A stretch of DNA of 16,459 bases, taken from positions 1-16,459 of the forward strand of contig JAWOBF010000015.1 of assembly GCA_046498225.1 (NCBI GenBank), read 5' to 3'. Shown in pieces: positions 1 to 8,900 of this stretch. This stretch comes from Candidatus Aegiribacteria sp. (GTDB lineage Bacteria > Fermentibacterota > Fermentibacteria > Fermentibacterales > JCC-6). Every line of letters begins with the position of its first letter. Within the stretch, counting starts at the first letter, position 1. Below the pieces are notes generated by a model that was not told where the DNA came from, did no database searches, and saw nothing but the letters and a program-made list of their open reading frames with translations. Position numbers and translations under genes: made by a program.

Positions 1-181
1 CTTTCATCTTCGGCCATATCAGGTTTACCAAGAAGCCGGCATAGTTCGCCAAACTGCTTGTCTGTCCCCACAGCCAGAACTATCTCTTTCTTATCAGCGG
101 TTTTAAAAATTGTTCCGTAAGGCACTATATTGGGATGGTCAGAACCCATTCGCCCGGGAATTGTTTTTCCGACAAGCCAGT
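1..181 (-). CDS. CaiB/BaiF (family III) CoA-transferase, internal fragment with no start; runs off the left edge
   Basis: Not in the ORF track because it has no start codon. My translation of the minus strand from 179 down gives WLVGKTIPGRMGSDHPNIVPYGTIFKTADKKEIVLAVGTDKQFGELCRLLGKPDMAEDE with no stop. This fits the 'P.RMG..HP.I.PY..F.T.D...I.LAVG.D.QF..LC..LG.P' segment of CoA-transferase III proteins. Confidence 0.8.
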
Positions 182-661
182 CGCTTCCACAAAGGTGGGT
201 TCGGTCACCACCTCGATATCCAGGCCGCTCCTTCTGAGGTATTCCTCGGCGTTGTCACCCTCCATCACCCCTACAGTGAGCCCGGAGAGGTCTTCGGCGG
301 AGAATATGGAATCGCAGTCGGCGCGAACCACCACAGCTCCGTGCAGGGTCATGTAGGGGAAGGTGAAATCGAAAATATCCTCGCGCTCGGGGGTCCGGCC
401 CACGAGAGGAAGGGCGTCAACCGTCCCCGATTCCAGCCATCCCCTGACTTCGTTCCACGTCCCCATTGCGAAGGAGACGTCCCGTCCCATGGCGTCGACG
501 GCTTCCGTGAAAAGCTCTACCGAGAAACCATCCGCTTCCCCGGAATCGTCTGCGAAACAGAAGGGGGGATAGTCGAACTCACAGCCGGAACGGACGACCT
601 GGCCGGAAACACCGGAAATGAGATAGAACAGAACAATGAAACCTGCTGAAACACTTCTCAC
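182..661 (-). CDS. Exported family-3 solute-binding (PBPb) domain protein, 3'-truncated at the junction; possibly the N-terminus of a sensor protein
   Basis: GTG start at 661 preceded by GAAGGAG, and a hydrophobic signal-like N-terminus. Family motifs: GCEFDYPPFCF, GEADGFSVEL, WNEVRGWLESGTVDAL, RTPEREDIFDFTFPY, EDLSGLTVGVMEG. Similarity stops at 'PTFVEA' (~182). The ORF-track tail to 125 is an off-frame read of segment A. Confidence 0.8.
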
Positions 662-703
662 TCTGCGCTCCTTCGAGTAGCGCCTGTCTTGTTCATTGAT
701 ATC

Positions 704-732
704 TATATACTTGCAGGACAGATGTCAGGCAA
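704..732 (-). promoter_or_regulatory. Putative sigma70-type promoter for the solute-binding-domain gene
   Basis: Minus strand TTGCCT (732-727), 17-nt spacer, TATATA (709-704), in an AT-rich intergenic patch about 40 nt upstream of the start. Confidence 0.35.
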
Positions 733-776
733 GACGTGGTCCATCGTTCGGGCTGGAATGAACGAATGAAAGGCCG

Positions 777-2750
777 TCAGACCGGCTGGCTGAGACTGCC
801 GTACTGATGGTTGGAGATGATCTCCGCGGGACTTGATGATTCCAGGACCGAGATGAAAACACGCCCGATGTCCCTGTCGAACTGGGAACCAAGGTTACTG
901 TGCAGTTCCATTACAGCGTACTCCAGACCGGGGGACTTCCTGTATACCCTGTCCGAGACCATTGCGTCGAACGCGTCCGCCGCCGCCAGTATCCTCGCCT
1001 GGAACGGGATATCATTCCCGGAGAGGCCGTGGGGATAACCGGTGCCGTCGATCCTCTCGTGATGGTATCTGACCGCGTCGAGGAAACCGCTGAAGGCCGT
1101 TATGGGCTTGAGAATGTTGTACCCCATCTCCGGATGCGAGCGTATGAGTTCGAACTCCTCGTCGGTAAGAGGTCCCGCCTTGTTCAGTACGGCTTCCGGA
1201 ATACCTATCTTCCCTATATCATGCAGCAGAGCGCCGTAGTTGAGCCTGGATATCTCTTTGGAAGTCAGGTCCAGACGGGACCCGATGATGGTGGCGTAGG
1301 CGGCCACGTTCCTGGAATGGTTGTGTGTGTAGGTGTCCTTGGCGTCCACCGCTTCGGCGAGGGCGGCAATGGTCTGGATATAGCTCCGCTCGCTTGATTC
1401 GAAGAGGTAGGCGTTGCTGAGCGCGGCGGCGGCGTGTCTCAGCAGAAGGTGAACATGGGATGATTCCCTGAAAGGCTTGACGGACGGATTCCATGAAGCC
1501 AGCACTATCATTCCGCTCAGCGAGCCGATATCACCGAGGTCCACCGTTTCCATGTTCGGCGCGGAGTCCCAGTCGGACCGGGATAGAGAGGCGAAGGAAT
1601 CCACCTCGCCGGTCATGAGGAGATGATTCACATCGGTGATGGACTGCATTCTCTCAAGCTTCTTTTTGAAGCTTTTCTGAAGCACTTCCATCGGCAGGTC
1701 GGACCGGGCCATTACGTAACTGAAGGGCAACATGTTCTCTCCCCTCAGCATGACACCGAAAAAGTCGAACTGCACCATGGACCTGAGACCGATGCATACA
1801 GCGGAGAGCGACTTCTTGAGGGACAGTGAGGAGAAATTTCCCGCCAGAAGGTTGATGTTCTCCAGTATCGACGCCTTGTTCTCAAGGTCCGAAGTCATCC
1901 TGTGATTGACAATCTGCTTGCCCGCCTGGGCGGCGAACAGGTTGAGGAGCTTATGATCCCTGGGGGTGAAGGGAAAGGGGTTTACGGTCCTGGCAACTAC
2001 GATGGTGCCTGTGTTCCTGTCCGAGCTGGGTATGGGCGCGGTCATTACGGAGGAGACGCCCAAGTCCCCGGTGATGAGATCGCCTGTTCGAGCATCGTCC
2101 ACAAGCCCCCGGCTGCTCTTCAGAGACGCCCGCACTATCTTCTCCCACTTCTCTTCCTCCAGCAGGCTTTCATTACCGGAACCCGCTGCTTTCGACATTT
2201 CCTTCTTGACCGGGTCGTCGGTCAGGTACAACCGGCAGGCATCTCCCCTGAACGTCTTCCTGATGATCGCCGAAAGGCTGTTCAGGTACACGTGGTAAGA
2301 GCTGTCCGAGATCTTCACGTCCACGATCATGTTGTACAGATCGGTGAGTTCCGGCGACGGAAGCTCTGAGAGTTTCCTCTTCCTTATCTCCACGGCCCTT
2401 TCCATTGTTTTCCGCAGTTCATCCCTGCTGAAGGGTTTCGTAATGAAGTCGAAAGCTCCGCGCTGTATAGCGTCCTTGGCCAGATCGATGCTTCCGTAGC
2501 CGGTCATGAGTATCACGAAAGAATCAGGGAACTTGTCCATGAGTATCGAGGCCAGTTCCAGCCCGTTTATGTCGGGCATCATCACATCGATGAGAACTAT
2601 GCTGAAGGGTTTCTCTGATGCCTTCCGCAGGGCCTCGCTTCCATTGCATGCTTCCTCCACTGCATAGCCGAAGCCCTCCAGGAGCTCCCTGATGAGGTTC
2701 AGCATGTCCTGCTCGTCATCAATAATCAGAATACTTTCGGTATCTTTCAT
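777..2750 (-). CDS. Response regulator with GAF-like region(s) and a C-terminal HD-GYP c-di-GMP phosphodiesterase domain (657 aa)
   Basis: REC domain: ILIIDDE, phosphoacceptor in IDVMMP, MTGY, FITKPF. GAF-like middle: SSVMTAPIP...FTPRDHKLLNLFAAQA. HD-GYP motifs: DAKDTYTHNHSRNVA, LLHDIGKIG, HHERIDGTGYP, ARILAAADAFDAM, R.YR. Confidence 0.93.
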   Translation of the reverse strand: MKDTESILIIDDEQDMLNLIRELLEGFGYAVEEACNGSEALRKASEKPFSIVLIDVMMPDINGLELASILMDKFPDSFVILMTGYGSIDLAKDAIQRGAFDFITKPFSRDELRKTMERAVEIRKRKLSELPSPELTDLYNMIVDVKISDSSYHVYLNSLSAIIRKTFRGDACRLYLTDDPVKKEMSKAAGSGNESLLEEEKWEKIVRASLKSSRGLVDDARTGDLITGDLGVSSVMTAPIPSSDRNTGTIVVARTVNPFPFTPRDHKLLNLFAAQAGKQIVNHRMTSDLENKASILENINLLAGNFSSLSLKKSLSAVCIGLRSMVQFDFFGVMLRGENMLPFSYVMARSDLPMEVLQKSFKKKLERMQSITDVNHLLMTGEVDSFASLSRSDWDSAPNMETVDLGDIGSLSGMIVLASWNPSVKPFRESSHVHLLLRHAAAALSNAYLFESSERSYIQTIAALAEAVDAKDTYTHNHSRNVAAYATIIGSRLDLTSKEISRLNYGALLHDIGKIGIPEAVLNKAGPLTDEEFELIRSHPEMGYNILKPITAFSGFLDAVRYHHERIDGTGYPHGLSGNDIPFQARILAAADAFDAMVSDRVYRKSPGLEYAVMELHSNLGSQFDRDIGRVFISVLESSSPAEIISNHQYGSLSQPV

Positions 2751-2870
2751 TTTCTTATCTAGATGGAAAAGTTCTTTCTATGAAACTGGTGTTCATCCAA
2801 CTCGTGTCAGCCTTCTGCTCTGCTGTTGTCCACCGGCCCGCCAACGGGGGCCGTCGGAATATTCCCGCAC

Positions 2871-2902
2871 ATATTAATGCATCCGGTCGGCGATGATGTC
2901 AA
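2871..2902 (-). promoter_or_regulatory. Putative promoter for the HD-GYP response regulator
   Basis: Perfect TTGACA on the minus strand (2902-2897), followed 17-20 nt later by the AT-rich run CATTAATAT. The -10 spacing is imperfect. Confidence 0.35.
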
Positions 2903-2937
2903 AGACCTCTTGCCATGCCTGCCCATCCGCCCGGTGA

Positions 2938-2967
2938 TTGACACACCTCGTTTTCAGTCGGTATTGT
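2938..2967 (+). promoter_or_regulatory. Putative sigma70 promoter for the pilT operon
   Basis: TTGACA (2938-2943), 18-nt spacer, TATTGT (2962-2967). It sits back-to-back with the minus-strand TTGACA. Confidence 0.5.
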
Positions 2968-3089
2968 CCTGTAGAATTGATTTTCGCTGAGGCGGGATCC
3001 GTAACTCACTCCATCAGGGAGAACTGAGATGCTGGCATCTGTACCGTTACTGTTGACGTTTTCTGAGGACCTTTGGGAGGAGGTGGCCC

Positions 3090-4160
3090 GTGGCTAGCGT
3101 GGACAAGCTTCTGGGCATCCTCAGGAAGAACGGCGGTTCGGACCTTCACATCTCACCTGAGAACCCCCCCGTAGTGCGAATATCGGGCGATCTTTTTCCA
3201 CTTGGCGAGCGAAAGATGCAGCCGGACGAAACGGGTTCACTGCTGCTTGAGATAATGACTGAGTCCCAGAGGAAGGACTTCGATAGAACCAGCGACATCG
3301 ATTTCGCGTACGAGGTCCCGGAACTCGACTCCCGGTTCAGGGTGAACGTCTTTCAGGGATACCACGGGGTCAGCGGCGTGTTCCGTCTTATCCCCAACGA
3401 GATACTGTCCATCGATGAACTGAAGCTCCCTCCTGTGGTCCTGGAATTCACCAAGTTCTCCAAGGGCCTGGTCCTGGTCACCGGACCCACCGGAAGCGGG
3501 AAGTCAACTACGCTCGCTTCCATCATCGACCACATAAACAGTAACAGCAAGAGCCATATAATTACCATCGAGGATCCGATAGAGTTCGTCCACGCCAGCA
3601 AGGCCGCCCTGGTCAATCAGAGGGAAGTGGGGAATCATACCAGCTCCTTCGGGGCTGCGCTCAGAGCAGCTCTTCGCGAAGACCCCGACATCATCCTGGT
3701 GGGTGAGATGCGGGACCTGGAAACCATCGAGCTGGCCATAACCGCCGCCGAGACCGGCCACCTGGTGTTCGGAACCCTTCATACCAGCAGCGCCGCGAAA
3801 ACAGTGGACAGGATAATCAACGTATTCCCCACAGACCAGCAGGAGCAGATCAGGACCATGCTGGCAGAATCCATGCTGGGCGTGGTTGCCCAGCAGCTGG
3901 TCCGGACCGTGGATGGAAAACGCCGGGCGGCCGTGGAGATCCTCTTCGTCACGTCCGCCGTTTCCAACCTTATTCGGGAAGGAAAGACCTACCAGATACC
4001 TTCGGTGATCCAGACAGGCAGGAATCGGGGAATGCAGATGATGGACCAGGATTTGCTCGAGTTCGTCAGGAGGAAGATCATCACTGTGGAGGAAGCTCAC
4101 AAGTACGCTACTGACAAGAGCTTGTTCCCTATAGATACGGAGGGGCTGCTGTACAGATGA
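3090..4160 (+). CDS. pilT: Type IV pilus retraction (twitching motility) ATPase PilT (356 aa)
   Basis: Strong SD GGAGGAGG (3076-3083) before GTG. N-terminal GGSDLHIS, RFRVNVF, Walker A GPTGSGKSTT, Asp box TIEDPIE, Walker B LREDPDIILVGEMRD, His box GHLVFGTLHT, and AVSNLIREGK (a variant of the PilT AIRNLIRE motif). Confidence 0.95.
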   Translation: MASVDKLLGILRKNGGSDLHISPENPPVVRISGDLFPLGERKMQPDETGSLLLEIMTESQRKDFDRTSDIDFAYEVPELDSRFRVNVFQGYHGVSGVFRLIPNEILSIDELKLPPVVLEFTKFSKGLVLVTGPTGSGKSTTLASIIDHINSNSKSHIITIEDPIEFVHASKAALVNQREVGNHTSSFGAALRAALREDPDIILVGEMRDLETIELAITAAETGHLVFGTLHTSSAAKTVDRIINVFPTDQQEQIRTMLAESMLGVVAQQLVRTVDGKRRAAVEILFVTSAVSNLIREGKTYQIPSVIQTGRNRGMQMMDQDLLEFVRRKIITVEEAHKYATDKSLFPIDTEGLLYR

Positions 4161-4606
4161 GCGATGTCAAGATAGATATGGCAACCAGAGAGGTGGAGTT
4201 CGTCCTGACCGACGGAACGGAGCTCAAAGGCGATGTCTACCTCAGCATGCACTCCACAACCGGAGCCGGCTCGCAGAAGATAGACGAACTGCTCAGTGAG
4301 GGCGACCAGTTCCTGCCTTTTCGCACTCCCGACGGATTCCTTCTGGTGAACAGCTCCCGGGTGATGATGGCCAGGGTCGGTCTGGAAGAGAACGTCGGCG
4401 AACTGACCAGAATGGGCGAAAAGTACCGTGTGAAGATGGTGACTACCCTGGGCACTGCCATCGAGGCGGAGATCTTCGTAAACCTTCCCAAGGACTATCA
4501 GAGAGTGAAGGACTACCTGAACCATCAGTTGAAATACCTTACCTGCTTCACCGGGGAACATGTCCTCTACGTCAACCGGGAATACATACTCCTGGTTGAG
4601 GACTAG
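4157..4606 (+). CDS. Hypothetical protein with two tandem copies of a small domain (DUF6812-like), coupled to pilT (149 aa)
   Basis: ATGA overlap with the pilT stop and GGAGG upstream. The two halves align: V...TDGTELKGDVYL...QKIDELLS....FLPF....GFLLVN and V..VTTLGTAIEAEIFV....QRVKDYLN....YLTC....HVLYVN. The family name is from recall only. Confidence 0.75.
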   Translation: MSDVKIDMATREVEFVLTDGTELKGDVYLSMHSTTGAGSQKIDELLSEGDQFLPFRTPDGFLLVNSSRVMMARVGLEENVGELTRMGEKYRVKMVTTLGTAIEAEIFVNLPKDYQRVKDYLNHQLKYLTCFTGEHVLYVNREYILLVED

Positions 4607-4618
4607 CGCGGCCTCCGG

Positions 4619-5977
4619 CTATATCGAGGCCCTGAGACGAAGGTAGAGCCTGGCGCTTCCCAGTCCCTCGCTGAAGGGAAATCCGGCGGCGGCGTCGGCG
4701 TGGAACATTCCGCTGATGCCCCTGATCCCGGCCCCGCAGCCGACCGGATAGGTATGGTCCCCGGTCCCCGTGAGGATGACCGCCATGTCCGTGAACAGAT
4801 ATATCCTGGTCTCCGTTTCGCCCAGTGAGAGTTCCGGCCGGGCGACGCCGTACCTCACCGCCCTGAACGCGTTCTCGGGATAGCCCCGGAGAGTCTTCTG
4901 ACCACCCAGCTGCTGCAGCAGACCATCGAACCATTCACCCTGCATCACGCCACCGGCCAGGACATCCCCCCCCAGACCGAGCAGGCTCCCGTAGACATCG
5001 ACCCGCACATCCAGCTCGGCCATGGTAAGCAATCCGGAGGAATCCTGAGCCGTCCTGCTGCCGGTGCGACCCTCCAGCTGAAGCTGGATACCGTTCCATC
5101 CCTGGGGAACCCGGCGGCCTGACCGCCAGCTGATGCCGGCAATGCCGTAATCGTATTCCTGCGTGGAGCCATCGGGGGGATAACCCCTCCACAATCCCGC
5201 TCCCGCCGTCAGTTCGGTGGTGCTCATGCTCCATATCCCCGAAAATCTGCCCTCCCTGTTGACCCAGGAACTCTCGGGTGTGTCCTGGGAGAACTCCAGC
5301 TGAAGGGACAGCGGCATTCCCAGTACCCATGGCTCCCGGTATCTGAGATAGGCATTCAGTCCTCCCCACTCCGTGGTCTGTCCCGTTATCTCCAGTTCCC
5401 TGGCGGTTCCGGCCAGGTTCAGGAACAGCATCTCTCCCATTCCCTCGAGGTAATCTCCCCGCCAGTCCATGGATGCCGAAAAATACCCGGCGCTGCCTTT
5501 TTCCAGCTGCTGCTCCAGGACAAGGTCACCCCCGCGACCCAGCAGCAGCCGGGTGGGTCCCACCGACCGGACGAAACCTATTCCCTCCAGCCTTGAAAGC
5601 CATTCGGAGACCGCTTCCCTGCTGTAGGCGTCGCCCGGCTCCAGGGAAAGAAGCCTGGTAAATACATGGAGCCTGGTCCCGGGCATTCCCTCCACCCGCA
5701 CCTCCTCCAGCAGCGCGTGCCTGCCGGGAACCGCGCTTACCGCCAGAGTATCCGGAGAGGTGAAAACATAGCCGGCGGCCGCGAAGGGGTAGCCCTCCTC
5801 CAGGTACCACTGGAGGAGCTTTTCCTGAAGCCGGGCTATAGATGAATCCGCGGCGGTTACGGAGTCTATTCCCAGCTGGTGAAGACGTGGAAGCGGAGGG
5901 CTTCCCTGAATGACCACATCGATCTGCTCTGCCTCCGCGGGAAGAAGGGCCAGGAGGACCAGGAGCTGGACGAGCAT
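4619..5977 (-). CDS. Omp85-superfamily (BamA/TamA-like) outer membrane protein with POTRA domain(s) (452 aa)
   Basis: Signal peptide MLVQLLVLLALLPAEA. POTRA-like segments YLEEGYPFA and EEVRVEG...TR..V..RLLSLEPGDAYS. Barrel entry NLAGTAREL, LRYREPWVLG, and the conserved loop LGG..TLRGYPE. C-terminal strands GCGAGIR...DAAAGF...LYLRLRASI. Starts in a TGATG overlap with the upstream gene. Confidence 0.8.
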   Translation of the reverse strand: MLVQLLVLLALLPAEAEQIDVVIQGSPPLPRLHQLGIDSVTAADSSIARLQEKLLQWYLEEGYPFAAAGYVFTSPDTLAVSAVPGRHALLEEVRVEGMPGTRLHVFTRLLSLEPGDAYSREAVSEWLSRLEGIGFVRSVGPTRLLLGRGGDLVLEQQLEKGSAGYFSASMDWRGDYLEGMGEMLFLNLAGTARELEITGQTTEWGGLNAYLRYREPWVLGMPLSLQLEFSQDTPESSWVNREGRFSGIWSMSTTELTAGAGLWRGYPPDGSTQEYDYGIAGISWRSGRRVPQGWNGIQLQLEGRTGSRTAQDSSGLLTMAELDVRVDVYGSLLGLGGDVLAGGVMQGEWFDGLLQQLGGQKTLRGYPENAFRAVRYGVARPELSLGETETRIYLFTDMAVILTGTGDHTYPVGCGAGIRGISGMFHADAAAGFPFSEGLGSARLYLRLRASI

Positions 5978-8900
5978 CAGAAATTCACCGTTCCCTCCAG
6001 GCCGGCGCGCTGGTTCCAGACGCTTCCCGCCGGCCTTCTTCCCCAGTAGAACAGACTGATATCAAGTCCCGAAGAGAGGCTTTTCCCCACCCTGCCGCTG
6101 GCGCGCCAGGACACACCGCTGTCGCTTCCGTCGAAGAACCACGCGGGAAGGGTCTCGTCACCCGGAATGTAGCCGGCGGAAAGCCTGGCCGAGGCAGACC
6201 AGCCTCCGCCGGTCCATGAGAGGTGAGGGCCGGCCTCCATCATGTACTTCGAAAGTTCCGAGATAACCTCCCGGCGGGATTCCCAGGCGAACAGCAGCCC
6301 GGGTTTCAGACCGGCAGTGACCTCCAGGACAGGATCAGCTTCCAGCCTGATGCCCCTTGTGTCCCTTGGAGCGTAGAGTTCTTCCTCCTCCCTCCATATC
6401 CTGCCGGAGCTGTTCACTTCCAGGCCATCCATCGGGGCCAGCTTCACGGAGACCCTGAGCGACCATTCGCGCTGGTCCCTGAGGCCTGCTCCGCTGTAGG
6501 ATATTCTTCTGTTGCTGAGCCTGCCGGTGAGCCCGAGCCTGGTCAGCAGGGCGTCGCTCCATCTGAACCAGGGGGAGAGGTCCACGCTGTAGCCTCCTTC
6601 CTGTTCGATATCGAAAGCGCCGTAGAGAAGCAGTGCCTTTGCCCTGTCCTCCGGGTTGCTGGAGGACAGCCGGATCACCGAACCGAGGCCGGATGAGGTT
6701 CCGGAGTAGGAAATTGTGGACTCCAGCGTGGCGGAGGTCATGGTCTCCCCCTCGCTCCCCGGCTGATAGCTGACGATGTAGTCGCCGTCGGGGTCGGAGA
6801 AGTACTGTCCCGTTTCCGGGTCGTAGCTGTAATCGCCCTCCCCCTCCCCCGCGTAGATGTAGATAACGTTCAGTGATCTGCTCACGGTCCCGGATCCGCT
6901 GTAGACCGTTTCGGACCATACACCTCCGGCGGTACCGGTGACCGTGAGGCTTACGGCGTCGGCCTGAAGCTCTCCACCCGCTTCGTATGAGGTCGCCGAG
7001 TGCTCCATGCTCCCCCTGATCCTGAAATCTCCCACGGGTCCCTCCCCCTCCATTCGGGCCCGCCAGACCCTGAAAGGCCCGGGGGAGAGGGCTCCAGAGC
7101 GGGAATCCCGCTGAAGCTCCAGGCGCAGCAGGGCGCGGGACGCGCTCCGGCTGAATGAGAGGCCGGCGAAACCGGTCCTGACCGGGCCTGAGAGACTGTC
7201 CCTCCATGTTTCCCGGGAAAGGGTGAAACCGGCGAAGGGCTTGAACTCCCCCGATACAGGCGTGCCCGAAAGGCTGAGCGAGGCGGTCTCCCCCCTGGCC
7301 AGACTGTCGGTGTTGTTCCTCTTCAGGTACCCTCCCGCCGCCGAGATTCCCACTCCGGCAACCACCGGACTGGACCTGACCCGGTACTTCTCCAGCACCC
7401 CTCCGGCTTCCATGAACCTCCCCGCCCCGGAGACCGTCAATCCGCTGCCTCCGAGACTGACGGTCACCAGGTTGTCGTTGCCCCTGTAACCCGGTGGAAG
7501 GGACCATGCGGAGAGCGAGCTGTCGGATTCCAGCTCCCCTGGCGGACGGTAACCGCTGGAGACCACTCTTCCGCCGAGGCCCAGTCCGGGCCCGTCCTGC
7601 CAGAAATCCAGCCGGCCCGAAGCAATGATGCAGCTGCCCTCGCGTGTCGTCATCTCCGGATTGAACAGGTTGCCGGTCCGGCTGGAGAAAGCGGCGTCCA
7701 GTGCCAGGTCCAGCCCGTCATTCCCGTATTCCGCCGAGAAACCTCCCGTACTGTAGCTTTCGGGTATCTGCACATACTGCCTGGGCAGATGGGTACCGAT
7801 GCCTTCCCCGGCCCAGAGGAATCCACCGAGGGAGCTGTCGTAGATGTAATCACCGCTGCCTCCGGGGGGTCTTCCGAACACCACGGTCCAGTCTCCCTGG
7901 CCGGGCCCGAGGTAGACGTAATGATCGAGTGAGTCCAGGGTATAGTCGCCGTTTCCCTCCCCCGCGTAGGTGGCCCCGTCCACCCAGGCTTCCGCGGGAT
8001 CCTCACCTGCCTGACTGAGGACTTCCACGGCCTCGTCCGTCAGGGCGAAACCAAGGGGGGCATCCCTGTCATCCCCGCTGAGATAGCCCTGTACGGTGAT
8101 GACGGCCGGCCCGCCGGCGTAGCTGCTGAAGGCTGTTGCAAAATCCTTGCGAAACCCGTCCCCCCTCTGGAAGAACGTTATCTCCACCCTCTGGTCCTTC
8201 CTGATGAGACGGGTGGAGGTGAAGGTTATCAGACCGGCCGTATACTCCATCTGGTAATCCTCGGTGGCTCCCCGCCGCAGGAGCTGCCCGTCGAGCCAGA
8301 CCTTTTCGCTTCCCGGTACCACCTCCCAGCCGGAGGTTACCTGGTATGGTCCCTGTATCCCCTCGCTGGTGTAGAACACGGTCCTCCGCCTGGTGTCACC
8401 AGAAGTCCCGTAACCGGCTCCGAGGGAGTAGTCCCCGGCAGGTTCGACCTCAGCGTATACTCCGCTCAGCTCCCTGCGCCACGAGAATGGACCGGTTTCC
8501 TCCTCGCCCCGAGACCATTCCATGTCGCCAAGCCTGGTCCTCCATCCGCTCCCTTCCACCAGGAAGTAGATCCTGTCCAGCTGCGAAACAAGCTCGGAGG
8601 AGTAGCGGCCGGAAGCCAGGTTCTGGTCGGTGACGCTTCCGGAAACGGTTATTCCCGGCGCCGCGGTACCGTCCACCGATATCCTCGTGCCCTGGTCCAG
8701 ACCTCCCCCGTCGCCTACTGAAAAACCGATCTTCTTCGAACCGGATATGTACAGGCCGTGCTCCTGGAACGGATCCACCGTGTAGGCGGGCAGCTCTCCT
8801 ACCACCTGCCTCTCCGCGAAGCCAACATCAAGGCTGGTGGAGGATGGCACGCCGAGGTCGAGAGTCTCGAAGGTGACGGTAACGGAACTTCCCGAAGGCG

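Noticed and set aside
125..181. C-terminal tail (TGLSEKQFPGEWVLTIPI*) of the ORF-track protein 125..661
   Set aside because: It is an off-frame read of the CoA-transferase fragment across the junction, not a true C-terminus.
2751..3089. Known c-di-GMP riboswitch or tRNA in the intergenic region
   Set aside because: I could not find the GEMM-I/II consensus or a tRNA cloverleaf with a T-loop on either strand by eye. An Rfam scan would be decisive.
4607..4618. Terminator between the convergent pilT operon and the Omp85 gene
   Set aside because: The gap is only 12 nt, with no convincing hairpin plus U-tract.
6335..7507. 390-aa alternate-frame ORF, and similar long ORFs at 900-1397, 8758-9378, 10864-11466, 14644-15498 and 14961-15908
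   Set aside because: They overlap well-supported genes, are mostly Arg/Gly/Pro-rich or lack motifs, and are expected in GC-rich DNA.
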